From an uncultured Actinomycetales bacterium (GTDB lineage: Bacteria > Actinomycetota > Actinomycetes > S36-B12): a DNA stretch of 64,000 bases. The position numbers and the translations under genes were made by a program. Under the pieces are notes generated by a model. That model saw only the letters and a program-made list of their open reading frames with translations. It had not been told where the DNA came from and did no database searches. The stretch lies in assembly GCA_913063435.1 (NCBI GenBank), contig CAJXYI010000001.1, forward strand, positions 4,527-68,526. Direction: 5' to 3'. The stretch's first letter is position 1; every line of letters begins with the position of its first letter. Shown in pieces: positions 48,021 through 56,423 of this stretch.

Positions 48021-49187
48021 TCAGCCCTGCCGTGTTGAGAGGAGCCGTGCGGTGAGATCCGCGCCACCGAAGTCGCGCGGGTCGGATCCGGTCGCCTCGG
48101 TGACCAGGAGACTGACTCCGAGCGCCGCGGGCCGATCGCCGGAATCCGAGCCGATGTACTCCTCGATGTTGTCGGCCAGGGCCGCGACGGCGCGGTCAGT
48201 GGCGATCCCCGAGGTGCGCGTCGCGACGAGGCCGAGTATCGACACGGCGGTGGAGTTCCAGTCGATGGCGCTGGGATCGAAGGTGTTGGGTAACGCTCCA
48301 TCGTTGGTGTTCAGCAGCCGGGAAATCCATCGAGCCACTCCGGCGGCGGGATCGACGACACGATCATCAGGACGACATTCGACGCTCGCCACCGCGCGTC
48401 GCTGATTCCTCTCGCGGACCGGGAAGGCACCGCTGAGTCCGAGGAGCGACTGGGAGGAGGAGAACGTGTCCGGGTTGAGTCCAGCCTGGTACGGCATTCC
48501 GAAGCGGTCGTCGCGCTCCGTTCCGCAGGGCACCTGCGCACGACGAAGGAAATTAGTGGCGATGCGCACGCTGCGCTTGTGCCCTCGCGGATTCAGCGCG
48601 TCGATAGCGGCCAGTGCCAATCCGGTGGAGTTCGTGTCGGGTGAGCCGCCAGCCAGATAGGGCCATCCACCCCCGCGGGTTTGACCGTCGAGCAACCAGG
48701 CTGCGGCAGCAGCGGAGGCGTCGTGTGCCCCGACTGCGTCGAGAGCGAGTGCGGCCAGCGATGTCGAATTGGTGTCGGGTCCGGTGAACGCCTCGAGGTC
48801 AGGTTCAGGGCAGGGGGCTGAGGTGTCGGCGCGATAGGACGTGAACGACCCGTCCGGGCACTGCTGGTCGATGAGCCATTCGATGGCGTCCGCAGGAACT
48901 CGCGAACCCGTCGCCTGCAGCCCCAGAATCGCGAAGGACTGACGGAACACGCCGTCGAAGGTGGGGTCGGCGGCGCCGAAGAGGCCGTCGTCGGCGGCTG
49001 GGGAGACCGTGTCCTCTGCGGCGCCGACCTGATCGGGTGCTGCTGTGGCGGATGCACCCAGAAGCGACACCGCAAGGGCGCCACCTGCGCCGATCACCAG
49101 CAGTGAACGAAGGACGGTAAATCGCCGGGAGCCAGCGGATGAGGATGCGCGCGGAAATGGTTCAGTGGAAAAGCGTAGGGAAAGCAC
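48021..49187 (-). CDS. Exported prenyltransferase/squalene-cyclase-repeat (alpha/alpha barrel) protein
   Basis: Signal peptide; repeated WL..QQCPDGSF / WLLDGQTRGGGW and PDTNST.LA motifs; GTG 49187 after GAGAGG. Confidence 0.75.
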   Translation of the reverse strand: MLSLRFSTEPFPRASSSAGSRRFTVLRSLLVIGAGGALAVSLLGASATAAPDQVGAAEDTVSPAADDGLFGAADPTFDGVFRQSFAILGLQATGSRVPADAIEWLIDQQCPDGSFTSYRADTSAPCPEPDLEAFTGPDTNSTSLAALALDAVGAHDASAAAAAWLLDGQTRGGGWPYLAGGSPDTNSTGLALAAIDALNPRGHKRSVRIATNFLRRAQVPCGTERDDRFGMPYQAGLNPDTFSSSQSLLGLSGAFPVRERNQRRAVASVECRPDDRVVDPAAGVARWISRLLNTNDGALPNTFDPSAIDWNSTAVSILGLVATRTSGIATDRAVAALADNIEEYIGSDSGDRPAALGVSLLVTEATGSDPRDFGGADLTARLLSTRQG

Positions 49188-49339
49188 GTTGCTGTGACCT
49201 CTCAGGTGAGCGACCCACACGACGATGCGAGCCGACCACCTCACCGGCTCCGCAGAACCTGCATTCAGGCTCCACTGGATCGGGGAGAGAGTGCGCGCGC
49301 CGTCCCGTAGACCTCGACGGAATATCAAGCCGCTCGCGC

Positions 49340-49450
49340 CCGCCAGGTGCTCCGACTTGTCGACTCGCCGATGCCGATGGCTCGGTCGGTCGCTCACGGT
49401 TGCGGGTCAGCGCCGGATTCTCACCGGCTTCCCCTGGACGTCGGGCGCGT
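49340..49450 (-). ncRNA. Cobalamin (B12) riboswitch
   Basis: Minus strand GGGGAAGCCGGTGAGAATCCGGCGCTGACCCGCAACCGTGA ... AAGTCGGAGCACCTG matches the conserved B12-element core; sits upstream of the ECF operon; boundaries approximate. Confidence 0.9.
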
Positions 49451-49507
49451 ATTCGTATTCAGTTATTCAACACCTCGCACCCTAGCGCACGTTCTAGGCT
49501 GATCGGC

Positions 49508-49741
49508 ATGAACGCGACGGGTGCATGGATCTGGATCTATCAGCAGGCTGATGGCCGACCGGTCGAGCCATTGCCGGCCGGGGCGGTCACATCGGGGTTC
49601 CCGTCACAGTCGGAAGCCGAAGCCTGGTTCGGAGAATCGTGGCGAGGCTTGCTCGACTCTGGTGTGGACGCGGTGAGCCTGTACGAGGGCGACCGGTTGG
49701 TCTACGGCCCGATGAGCCTGCACCCCGATAACTCAGGTTGA
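49508..49741 (+). CDS. Small hypothetical protein of a conserved actinobacterial type
   Basis: W.W.Y..ADG...FPSQSEAEAWFGESWR.L...GVDAVSL.EGDR.VYGPMSLH; TAGGCT -10 seven nt before the ATG. Confidence 0.75.
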   Translation: MNATGAWIWIYQQADGRPVEPLPAGAVTSGFPSQSEAEAWFGESWRGLLDSGVDAVSLYEGDRLVYGPMSLHPDNSG

Positions 49742-49744
49742 TGC

Positions 49745-50743
49745 TCAGGGGCGGGGGTTGGGTGACTGGGTGAGTGCGGGGTCGCGAACAACCACGTCAC
49801 CGAGTGCCGTATCGATGGCAGCGAGAGTCTGCGCATCCAATGTCACTCCTGAGGCCGCGACGTTCTCGGCCACCTGCTCGGGCCGGGATGCGCCGATGAT
49901 CGCCGCGGAAATCCCCGGTTGAGCGAGCACCCAGGCGACGGCCAGTTGCGACATCGTCACACCTGCGGATTCCGCGATCGGGCGCAGCCGCTGGACGGCC
50001 TCCAGGATGGAGTCATCCATGAACCGGCTGATGAAACCAGCGCCCTCTCCACCGCTGGCACGACTACCCGCGGGAATGTCCGTGCCAGGCACATACTTTC
50101 CGCTCAGTACACCCTGGGCGATGGGTGACCACACGATCTGGCCGATGCCGTGACGCTCGCTGGTCGGCACGACCTCGGCTTCGATGACCCGCCACAGCAT
50201 CGAATACTGCGGCTGATTCGACACCAGCGGTGTCAGGTTGTCGCGTTCGATGATCTGCGTGGCGGCCTCGATTTCCTCGGCGCGCCACTCTGAGACTCCC
50301 AGGTACAGGACTTTTCCTTCGCACACCAGATCGTGGAAGGTGTGAAGGGTCTCCTCGAGCGGAGTTTCATAGTCGAATCGATGGGCCTGATAGAGATCGA
50401 CGTAGTCGGTTTCGAGCCGGCGCAGGGATGCGTGGAGCGATTCGCGGATGTGCTTGCGGGACAAGCCGCGATCATTGGGTCCGGGACCTGTCGGCCAGTA
50501 CACCTTGGTGGCGATCTCCAGCCCCTCGCGACGCTGATCGCGCAGGGCCCGCCCCAAAACCGACTCGGCGGCCGTGCCGGCGTAGACGTCGGCGGTGTCG
50601 AAGGTGGTGATACCGGCATCGAGAGCGGCATGAACGCAATCGATCGCCGTTTGATCGTCGATCTGCGATCCGTGAGTGATCCAGTTGCCGAGGATGATCT
50701 CGCTGACGCGCAGGCCACTTGCGCCGAGTCGGCGATGCTGCAT
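49745..50743 (-). CDS. Aldo/keto reductase (Kv-beta-like)
   Basis: LG.SGL.VS, FDTADVY, ATKV, GLSRKHI, DYVDLYQAHR, YLGVSEW, NQPQYS, WSPIAQG.L.GKY. Confidence 0.93.
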   Translation of the reverse strand: MQHRRLGASGLRVSEIILGNWITHGSQIDDQTAIDCVHAALDAGITTFDTADVYAGTAAESVLGRALRDQRREGLEIATKVYWPTGPGPNDRGLSRKHIRESLHASLRRLETDYVDLYQAHRFDYETPLEETLHTFHDLVCEGKVLYLGVSEWRAEEIEAATQIIERDNLTPLVSNQPQYSMLWRVIEAEVVPTSERHGIGQIVWSPIAQGVLSGKYVPGTDIPAGSRASGGEGAGFISRFMDDSILEAVQRLRPIAESAGVTMSQLAVAWVLAQPGISAAIIGASRPEQVAENVAASGVTLDAQTLAAIDTALGDVVVRDPALTQSPNPRP

Positions 50744-50748
50744 GGGAA

Positions 50749-51387
50749 TCAGTTCCCCTTCCGAGTAGCCGGACCGCGCGAACCTGAAGGACCTTGAGAG
50801 CCGTTGGGTTCACCGCCCCGCTTGACCCTCGGTGGAGGGAGGCGGAGCCTGCGCAACTGCAGGGTCCGCATGATCGCGTAGAACACCGCGCCCTTGCGCT
50901 CGGACTTCTCGGGGAACCGTTCCTTCAACTGTGCCTTCAGCCGCAGAACCAGGATCGTGGAATCGACCAGGATGATCGCGATCAGCACGAACCACGCGAG
51001 GGACACGATCGACTGAACCACCTGGTTGGGGATGAATCCCAGGATCAAGACCGCGAGTGCGATGAAGATGAAGTACTCCGCGACGGTGAATCGGGAGTCG
51101 ACGAAATCCCGAGTGAACCGTCGGACCGGTCCGCGGTCGCGTGCGGGCATGCGACTCTCGTCGCCTGCGAGGAGTGCGGCCCGGTTCTGCATGCGGGCCT
51201 GTCGCTCACGGGCCCGCGCTGCACGACGGGCCGACCGAGCATCGCCCGCAGACCGCAGCGCCTCCTTGCGGGCCTGTTCGGCCTCCTTGCGGGTGGGGGT
51301 GGGGCGACCCTTGCCGCGGGGGGTGTCGTCGATGGGTGCATCGTCGTCGGGGACGGCGGCGTCGGGGCGTTGGCGGCGGGAGAACAT
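50749..51387 (-). CDS. DUF3043 membrane protein
   Basis: GKGRPTPTRKEAE, RDRGP.RRF.RDFVDSR, two TM helices, YA.MR..Q.RRLRLP.P.VKRG. Confidence 0.9.
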   Translation of the reverse strand: MFSRRQRPDAAVPDDDAPIDDTPRGKGRPTPTRKEAEQARKEALRSAGDARSARRAARARERQARMQNRAALLAGDESRMPARDRGPVRRFTRDFVDSRFTVAEYFIFIALAVLILGFIPNQVVQSIVSLAWFVLIAIILVDSTILVLRLKAQLKERFPEKSERKGAVFYAIMRTLQLRRLRLPPPRVKRGGEPNGSQGPSGSRGPATRKGN

Positions 51388-51524
51388 GATGAATGCCAGG
51401 GTAGCGGTCGCAGGCTCAGCTCGCTCAGATCGGCGTCGGGGAGCGCACTTGGGGCAGCAGCGCATAGTCTGGAAGGCAATGCCCCCGTAGTGACGGGGCA
51501 GGTCGGCCAGTTCGGGAGGCATCG

Positions 51525-52262
51525 ATGGGCTTGTGGCAGCGCTTCACCATGATCTTCAAGGCCAAGGCGAGCAAAGCCTTGGACAAGGCGGAGGATCCTC
51601 GCGAGACGCTGGATTACTCCTACGAGAAGCAGCTGGAGTTGCTGCAGAAGGTGCGCCGGGGCGTGGCTGACGTCGCCACCAGCCGCAAGCGCATCGAGCT
51701 GCAGATCACCAATCTGGCCAAGCAGGCCGATAAATTGCAGGATCAGGCCAAAGCCGCGCTAGGAGCCGGCCGCGAGGACCTGGCCCGAGAAGCGCTCACC
51801 CGCAAGAGCGGCCTGCAGCAGCAGGTCGCCGACCTCACCGATCAGTTGGCGCAGTTGCAGGACCAAGAGGAGAAATTGGTGCAAGCCTCCCAGCAACTGC
51901 AGGCCCGCGTCGATGCTTTCCGAACCCGCAAGGAGACGATCAAGGCCACCTACACAGCGGCTGAGGCGCAGACGAAGGTCAGCGAAGCCGTCACCGGGAT
52001 TTCCGATGAGCTGGGTGATGTGGGGCTGGCCGTCCAGCGGGCCGAGGACAAGACCTCGCAGATGCAGGCGCGAGCCGGGGCGATCGATGAACTCGTGGCT
52101 TCTGGGGCTCTCGATGATGTTTCGGGAACGAGCAAGGACAGCCTGACGCTGGAACTGGAGCGCATGGCAAGTGCGTCACAGGTGGACGACGACCTGGCCG
52201 CGCTGCGCGCTGAGTTGTCGTCTGCGCCGGAGAAGCCGGCGATCGAATCGGATAAGGGCTGA
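51525..52262 (+). CDS. pspA: PspA/IM30 family protein
   Basis: ALDKAEDPRETLDYSYEKQ, coiled coil, GREDLAREAL, KETIKA.Y.AAEAQ, ARAGAIDEL. Confidence 0.92.
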   Translation: MGLWQRFTMIFKAKASKALDKAEDPRETLDYSYEKQLELLQKVRRGVADVATSRKRIELQITNLAKQADKLQDQAKAALGAGREDLAREALTRKSGLQQQVADLTDQLAQLQDQEEKLVQASQQLQARVDAFRTRKETIKATYTAAEAQTKVSEAVTGISDELGDVGLAVQRAEDKTSQMQARAGAIDELVASGALDDVSGTSKDSLTLELERMASASQVDDDLAALRAELSSAPEKPAIESDKG

Positions 52263-52352
52263 CCGGCACCTCATCGGGCGGAACGCCGACAGATCCACCG
52301 TTCGAACGATCAACGCACACCGACCTTGCGAGGGAGTTGACGACCACCAGCG

Positions 52353-53261
52353 ATGGCCCGCACCCGCTTCGGCATCGACAGGGGCCTGACGGCCCGTATG
52401 TTCGCGACCATGTTCGGTCTCGGTCTCCTCTACGTCATTCTGGGTGGTGTCCTGCTCGCCCTCGGCGTCGGCGCGATCTTCGTCCTCGCCATCATGGGAG
52501 CCCTGATCTTCGGGCAGTGGTGGTTCTCCGACTCCCTCGCACTCGGTGCGATGCGGGCCCACGAAGTCTCACCTGAGCAGGCACCGCAACTGCATGCTCT
52601 CGTCGATCGGCTCTGTGCGATGGCCGACATGGACAAGCCGCGTATCGCGATCGCAGACACCGATGTCCCCAATGCCTTCGCGACCGGTAGGACGCCGAAG
52701 CGATCAGTTGTGGTCGTGACCACGGGCCTGCTGCGACGCCTCGATCGAGATGAACTCGAGGGGGTGGTCGCGCACGAGTTGTCGCACGTCGCTCATCGTG
52801 ATGTCCTCGTGATGACCATCGCGTCTTTCACCGCGATCCTTGCCGGCTTCCTCGTGCGTTCGGCGATGTGGGGTTCGATGATGCGGGATCGGCGCGATCA
52901 GAACACGGCCTTGCTGTTCTTCGCGGTGATGCTGGTCAGCATCCTGGTCTATGCGATCTCCTACATCCTCATCCGTGCCCTTTCTCGGTACCGCGAACTC
53001 GGGGCCGATCGAGGAGCGGCCTACGTGACAGGTCGTCCATCGGCGCTGGCGCGAGCCCTGCAGAAGATCAGTGGCGACATGGCCGCGATTCCCACTCAGG
53101 ATCTGCGCAAGATGGAACCGGTGAGTTCGTTCGCGTTCGCACCGGCGTTCTCGCGCGGTCGCGGTGGACTCGGCCTGGAGTCCTTGATGTCCACCCACCC
53201 ATCATTGGAGAAGCGCCTGGCGCAGTTGGCGAAGATCTCCACCGAACTCGGTGAACGCTGA
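52353..53261 (+). CDS. htpX: Zinc metalloprotease HtpX (M48)
   Basis: PNAFATGR, ELEGVVAHELSH, SRYRE..AD, STHP. Confidence 0.93.
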   Translation: MARTRFGIDRGLTARMFATMFGLGLLYVILGGVLLALGVGAIFVLAIMGALIFGQWWFSDSLALGAMRAHEVSPEQAPQLHALVDRLCAMADMDKPRIAIADTDVPNAFATGRTPKRSVVVVTTGLLRRLDRDELEGVVAHELSHVAHRDVLVMTIASFTAILAGFLVRSAMWGSMMRDRRDQNTALLFFAVMLVSILVYAISYILIRALSRYRELGADRGAAYVTGRPSALARALQKISGDMAAIPTQDLRKMEPVSSFAFAPAFSRGRGGLGLESLMSTHPSLEKRLAQLAKISTELGER

Positions 53262-53270
53262 GGCGCCCGC

Positions 53271-53852
53271 ATGGGATTCCTAGACGGACTTCTGGGGCGC
53301 CGCAAGCCCGTGCGTCCGAACCTCGATGCGTTGTTCGCGGTGCCCTCTGCCGCGATCACATTGCAGGTGAGCATGGACTTCGTATCGACAGGTCAGGGCG
53401 CGGTTGCCTTCCGCTCCGTCGAAGGACGCGCTATGGCCGATGTTGAGGCGGAGATCACCGAGTTGCTCAATGCCGATGGCGGCCCGCCCGTCCGGTTGAC
53501 GACCGATTCGTTCGGGTACACGTGGCTGATCGTGTCTGAACCCGAACCCGATGTCTCGGCGATCGTCACCGACCTGCATGCGGTGAACAGCACACTTGCC
53601 GACCACGGATTCGCCCCGCAGCTGCTGTGCTCGATCGTGCCGTTCCGCGATCCTGAGGGCGCCACGCTCGCCCTGGTCTACCTATACAAGCGGGGGACGT
53701 TCTATCCGTTCGTCCCCGAGGTCGGTAGTGAGGAGCGGCGCGACAACATCACTGAATTGAAGGTGCGTGATCTGCTGACCGGTGAATTGCCCTGGGAAGC
53801 GGATCTGTCCCGGTGGTTCCCGGTCTGGGGTGCTCCGACTCTCGGCAACTGA
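53271..53852 (+). CDS. PspA-associated protein PspAB-like
   Basis: MGFLD.LLGR, LD.LF..PSAA.TL, DSFGYTW, LHAVN, LVYLYKRGTFYPF.P, W..VWG.P; follows pspA-htpX. Confidence 0.82.
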   Translation: MGFLDGLLGRRKPVRPNLDALFAVPSAAITLQVSMDFVSTGQGAVAFRSVEGRAMADVEAEITELLNADGGPPVRLTTDSFGYTWLIVSEPEPDVSAIVTDLHAVNSTLADHGFAPQLLCSIVPFRDPEGATLALVYLYKRGTFYPFVPEVGSEERRDNITELKVRDLLTGELPWEADLSRWFPVWGAPTLGN

Positions 53853-53910
53853 GCCCCGTCCCTGCTGTCCCCGCTGCTCCCGCTGCCCGACTGCACCCGC
53901 TGCCCCCGGG

Positions 53911-53976
53911 TTAGTCGCTGAGATGGTCGCCCTTTCGGCGATTAGTGAGGCAAAGGGCGACCCTTCCAGCGACCAA
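53911..53976. repeat. 66-bp imperfect palindrome, copy R1
   Basis: TTAGTCGCTGAGATGGTCGCCCTTT-N16-AAAGGGCGACCCTTCCAGCGACCAA; arms 21/25 complementary; 61/66 identical to R2. Confidence 0.95.
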
Positions 53977-53986
53977 AGCCGAAGCG

Positions 53987-54976
53987 CTATCGCCAGCGTG
54001 AGCGGCGCCGGGCTCTGATGGCCGAGATCACCGACCGAGGGTCGGTGAAGAACTGACCTGCCGCCCATCGCACCGTGTCGATCCCCACGCCGGCGAGTGC
54101 GAGGTCGCGACGCTTCTCCTTCCGCAGAGCCTGTGCCCCATCGGCGCCTTCGTACTTCAACAGTCCATCGCATTCGCCGGCGAGGTAGTCATCGAAGAGG
54201 AAGTCAAGGCGACGGGCTGTGCCGTCGGAATCGATCACACGCCATTGGAGGCCACGGATGGGGATGCCCGCTGACAGGAAATGTCCGCGCGCGAATGATT
54301 CAGCGGGGGATTCGGCCAGAGGGGAAGTCGCCGCTGCAGCGTGCCTCAAGCGCGCGACCCCGTGGCGCCGCTTGGCGCTGCGGACCTGCTCGCTCAACTC
54401 GGCCATCGCCCATGCCATCGGCTCGGAAAACTCGACTACCTCGTGATCGGGGAGGTCCGGGCGCCCGGCGAGGGCGAGCACGCGCTGTCTCATGACGTGA
54501 TCGAGCGCCATCAGGCCGATGGGCAGCGAGGATCGACGAGCTAGATCGCAGGCGGTACGCCAGGGCGACGTGGTCATCAGTCCGTCGACGGTGACGACGT
54601 CATCTGCCGTCACCGTGCCGCGATGTCGAAACAGCCCGGGATGGCGTCGAGGCGCTGCGTGGTAGCCGTGGATATCGCGAGGGATCCCTGCGAGCAACGG
54701 GATGCCGAGGAGAAAGGCTGCGGTGTCGTGGCTGAACACCAGATCGTCATGAGTGGTGGCCATGGCGGAGATGGCGTCGAGGTGCGCCTCCCGTGCCGAC
54801 AGGCCATCGACATGCGTCACGGTGACCACGCCGTGGGAGACGCGGGTGATCGTGCCGGCAGCCACAGCGGCACGCAATTGCCCTCGTGTCAGGCCAGCGG
54901 AGAGGGCGTCATGGACGGAAGTGGGCCGACCATGACTGATGGCGAGCAGGTGGCGTGCAGTGTCCTGAGGAGCCAT
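53987..54976 (-). CDS. AbiEi-like wHTH plus DUF559/Vsr-like endonuclease-fold protein
   Basis: N-terminal AL.AGL....LR.AV..G...RV.HGV, FSHDTAA.L.G, TSPWRT.CDLAR; C-terminal AESPAES, Q.RV, RLDF, GECDG..KY, EKRR..L...G...VRW; GACGCT six nt before ATG 54976. Confidence 0.78.
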   Translation of the reverse strand: MAPQDTARHLLAISHGRPTSVHDALSAGLTRGQLRAAVAAGTITRVSHGVVTVTHVDGLSAREAHLDAISAMATTHDDLVFSHDTAAFLLGIPLLAGIPRDIHGYHAAPRRHPGLFRHRGTVTADDVVTVDGLMTTSPWRTACDLARRSSLPIGLMALDHVMRQRVLALAGRPDLPDHEVVEFSEPMAWAMAELSEQVRSAKRRHGVARLRHAAAATSPLAESPAESFARGHFLSAGIPIRGLQWRVIDSDGTARRLDFLFDDYLAGECDGLLKYEGADGAQALRKEKRRDLALAGVGIDTVRWAAGQFFTDPRSVISAIRARRRSRWR

Positions 54977-55044
54977 GGGGGCAGCGTCGCCCAAAAAGCG
55001 GTCACCCTGCAGAATCCATCCACAACCTGCACCGGATAGCAGCC

Positions 55045-55110
55045 TTAGTCGCTGAGGTGGTCGCCTTTTCGGCGATTAGTGGGGCAAAGGGCGACCCTTC
55101 GGGCGACCAA
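55045..55110. repeat. 66-bp imperfect palindrome, copy R2 (direct repeat of R1)
   Basis: TTAGTCGCTGAGGTGGTCGCCTTTTCGGCGATTAGTGGGGCAAAGGGCGACCCTTCGGGCGACCAA; 5 mismatches to R1. Confidence 0.95.
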
Positions 55111-55119
55111 CGCCGGGTA

Positions 55120-56319
55120 TCAGTCGACCGGAGCGGTCGAGGTTGCGACCCCCGGAAGCGCCAGCATCCGATCGAGCGCGACGCGAGCCCAGTGCGCGGT
55201 GTCGGGATCGACGGTGATCTGATTGACAACGCGACCCTCGACCAGATTCTCCAGTGACCACACCAGGTGCGGGAGATCGATGCGGTTCATCGTCGAGCAG
55301 AAGCACACCGCTTTGTCGAGGAACACCACCGTCTTGTCCGGGTGGCGCAATGCCAGTCGGCGGACCAGATTCAGTTCCGTACCCACGGCGAACGCCGAGC
55401 CCGCGGGAGCGGCATCGATGGTGGCGATGATGAATTCGGTCGAACCGACCAGGTCGGCCTTGTTGATGACCTCGTGACGGCATTCGGGGTGGACGAGCAC
55501 GGTGATCCCGGGCATGCGATCGCGCACATCATCGACGGACTCTGCGGTGAACCTGCCGTGCACGGAGCAGTGGCCCTTCCACAGCAGCATGCGCGCCGAC
55601 CGCGCCTGCTCGATGGTCAGCCCGCCATCGGGCTTGTGCGGATCCCATACGACGCAGTCCTCGAGGGACATTCCCAGATCGCGTACTGCGGTGTTGCGGC
55701 CCAGATGCTGGTCGGGCAGGAACAGCACGCGCTCACCTCGTTCGAAAGCCCATTCCAACGACCGCCTCGCATTGCTCGAGGTGCAGATCGAGCCCCCGTT
55801 GCGACCGGTGAATGCCTTGATGTCGGCCGAGGAGTTCATGTAGGTGATCGGAATCGTGCTGTCCGCCAAGTCCCAACGGGTGAGGGTCTGCCAGGCCTCA
55901 TCCACCTGATGCATCGCGGCCATATCGGCCATGGAGCAGCCGGCGGCCAGATCGGGCAGGATCACCTGCTGATGGTCGGCGGTGAGGATATCGGCGCTTT
56001 CGGCCATGAAGTGCACACCGGCGAATACGACGAACTCCGCCTCGGGTCGGGCAGCTGCCTGCTGGGAGAGCTTGAATGAATCACCCGTCACGTCGGCGAA
56101 CTGGATGACTTCGTCACGCTGATAGTGGTGGCCGAGGATGAACACCCGGTCTCCCAGTGCAGCCTTCGCAGCCGCGGCGCGAGCGACGAGGTCGGGATCG
56201 CTTGCCGGCGGGAGATCACCGGGGCATTCCACCCCGCGCTCGCTGTCGGGATCGGCGTCCTGGCCGAGCAGCAGCAGTGCCAGCGGTGTCTTATCGGGTT
56301 CGACGAAGGACTGCGCCAT
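55120..56319 (-). CDS. nadA: Quinolinate synthase
   Basis: LGHHYQ, GDSFKLS, GVHFMAESA, AGCSMADMA, YMNSSA, CTSSNA, PDQHLG.N, GHCSVH, VHPEC, CSTMNRI. Confidence 0.96.
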   Translation of the reverse strand: MAQSFVEPDKTPLALLLLGQDADPDSERGVECPGDLPPASDPDLVARAAAAKAALGDRVFILGHHYQRDEVIQFADVTGDSFKLSQQAAARPEAEFVVFAGVHFMAESADILTADHQQVILPDLAAGCSMADMAAMHQVDEAWQTLTRWDLADSTIPITYMNSSADIKAFTGRNGGSICTSSNARRSLEWAFERGERVLFLPDQHLGRNTAVRDLGMSLEDCVVWDPHKPDGGLTIEQARSARMLLWKGHCSVHGRFTAESVDDVRDRMPGITVLVHPECRHEVINKADLVGSTEFIIATIDAAPAGSAFAVGTELNLVRRLALRHPDKTVVFLDKAVCFCSTMNRIDLPHLVWSLENLVEGRVVNQITVDPDTAHWARVALDRMLALPGVATSTAPVD

Positions 56320-56423
56320 CCGATAAGTGTGACACCGGTTGCCAACCCCCGCACACACCGTCTCATGCTGCCGACCCGATTCGACCTATGAGCGGGGCGC
56401 AGGGGAGCGATAGCGTCGCCGAT

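Noticed and set aside
48021-49187. Terpene cyclase or prenyltransferase biosynthetic gene
   Set aside because: Has a signal peptide, no DxDD motif, and sits in a B12 transport operon with no isoprenoid genes nearby.
49188-49397. N-terminal extension of ORF 48021..49397
   Set aside because: Runs through the riboswitch leader; GTG 49187 with an RBS and signal peptide is the better start.
53987-54976. Type IV toxin-antitoxin (AbiEi/AbiEii) pair
   Set aside because: No adjacent nucleotidyltransferase toxin gene; the neighbours are pspAB and nadA.
55016-55024. DnaA-box-like CCATCCACA upstream of the nuclease gene
   Set aside because: Single site with two mismatches to TTATCCACA; not supportable alone.
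53911-55110. R1/R2 as a CRISPR array or IS terminal repeats
   Set aside because: Only two copies, 66 bp long, separated by a 1-kb gene, with no cas genes, no DDE/HUH/recombinase motifs and no target-site duplication that I could identify.
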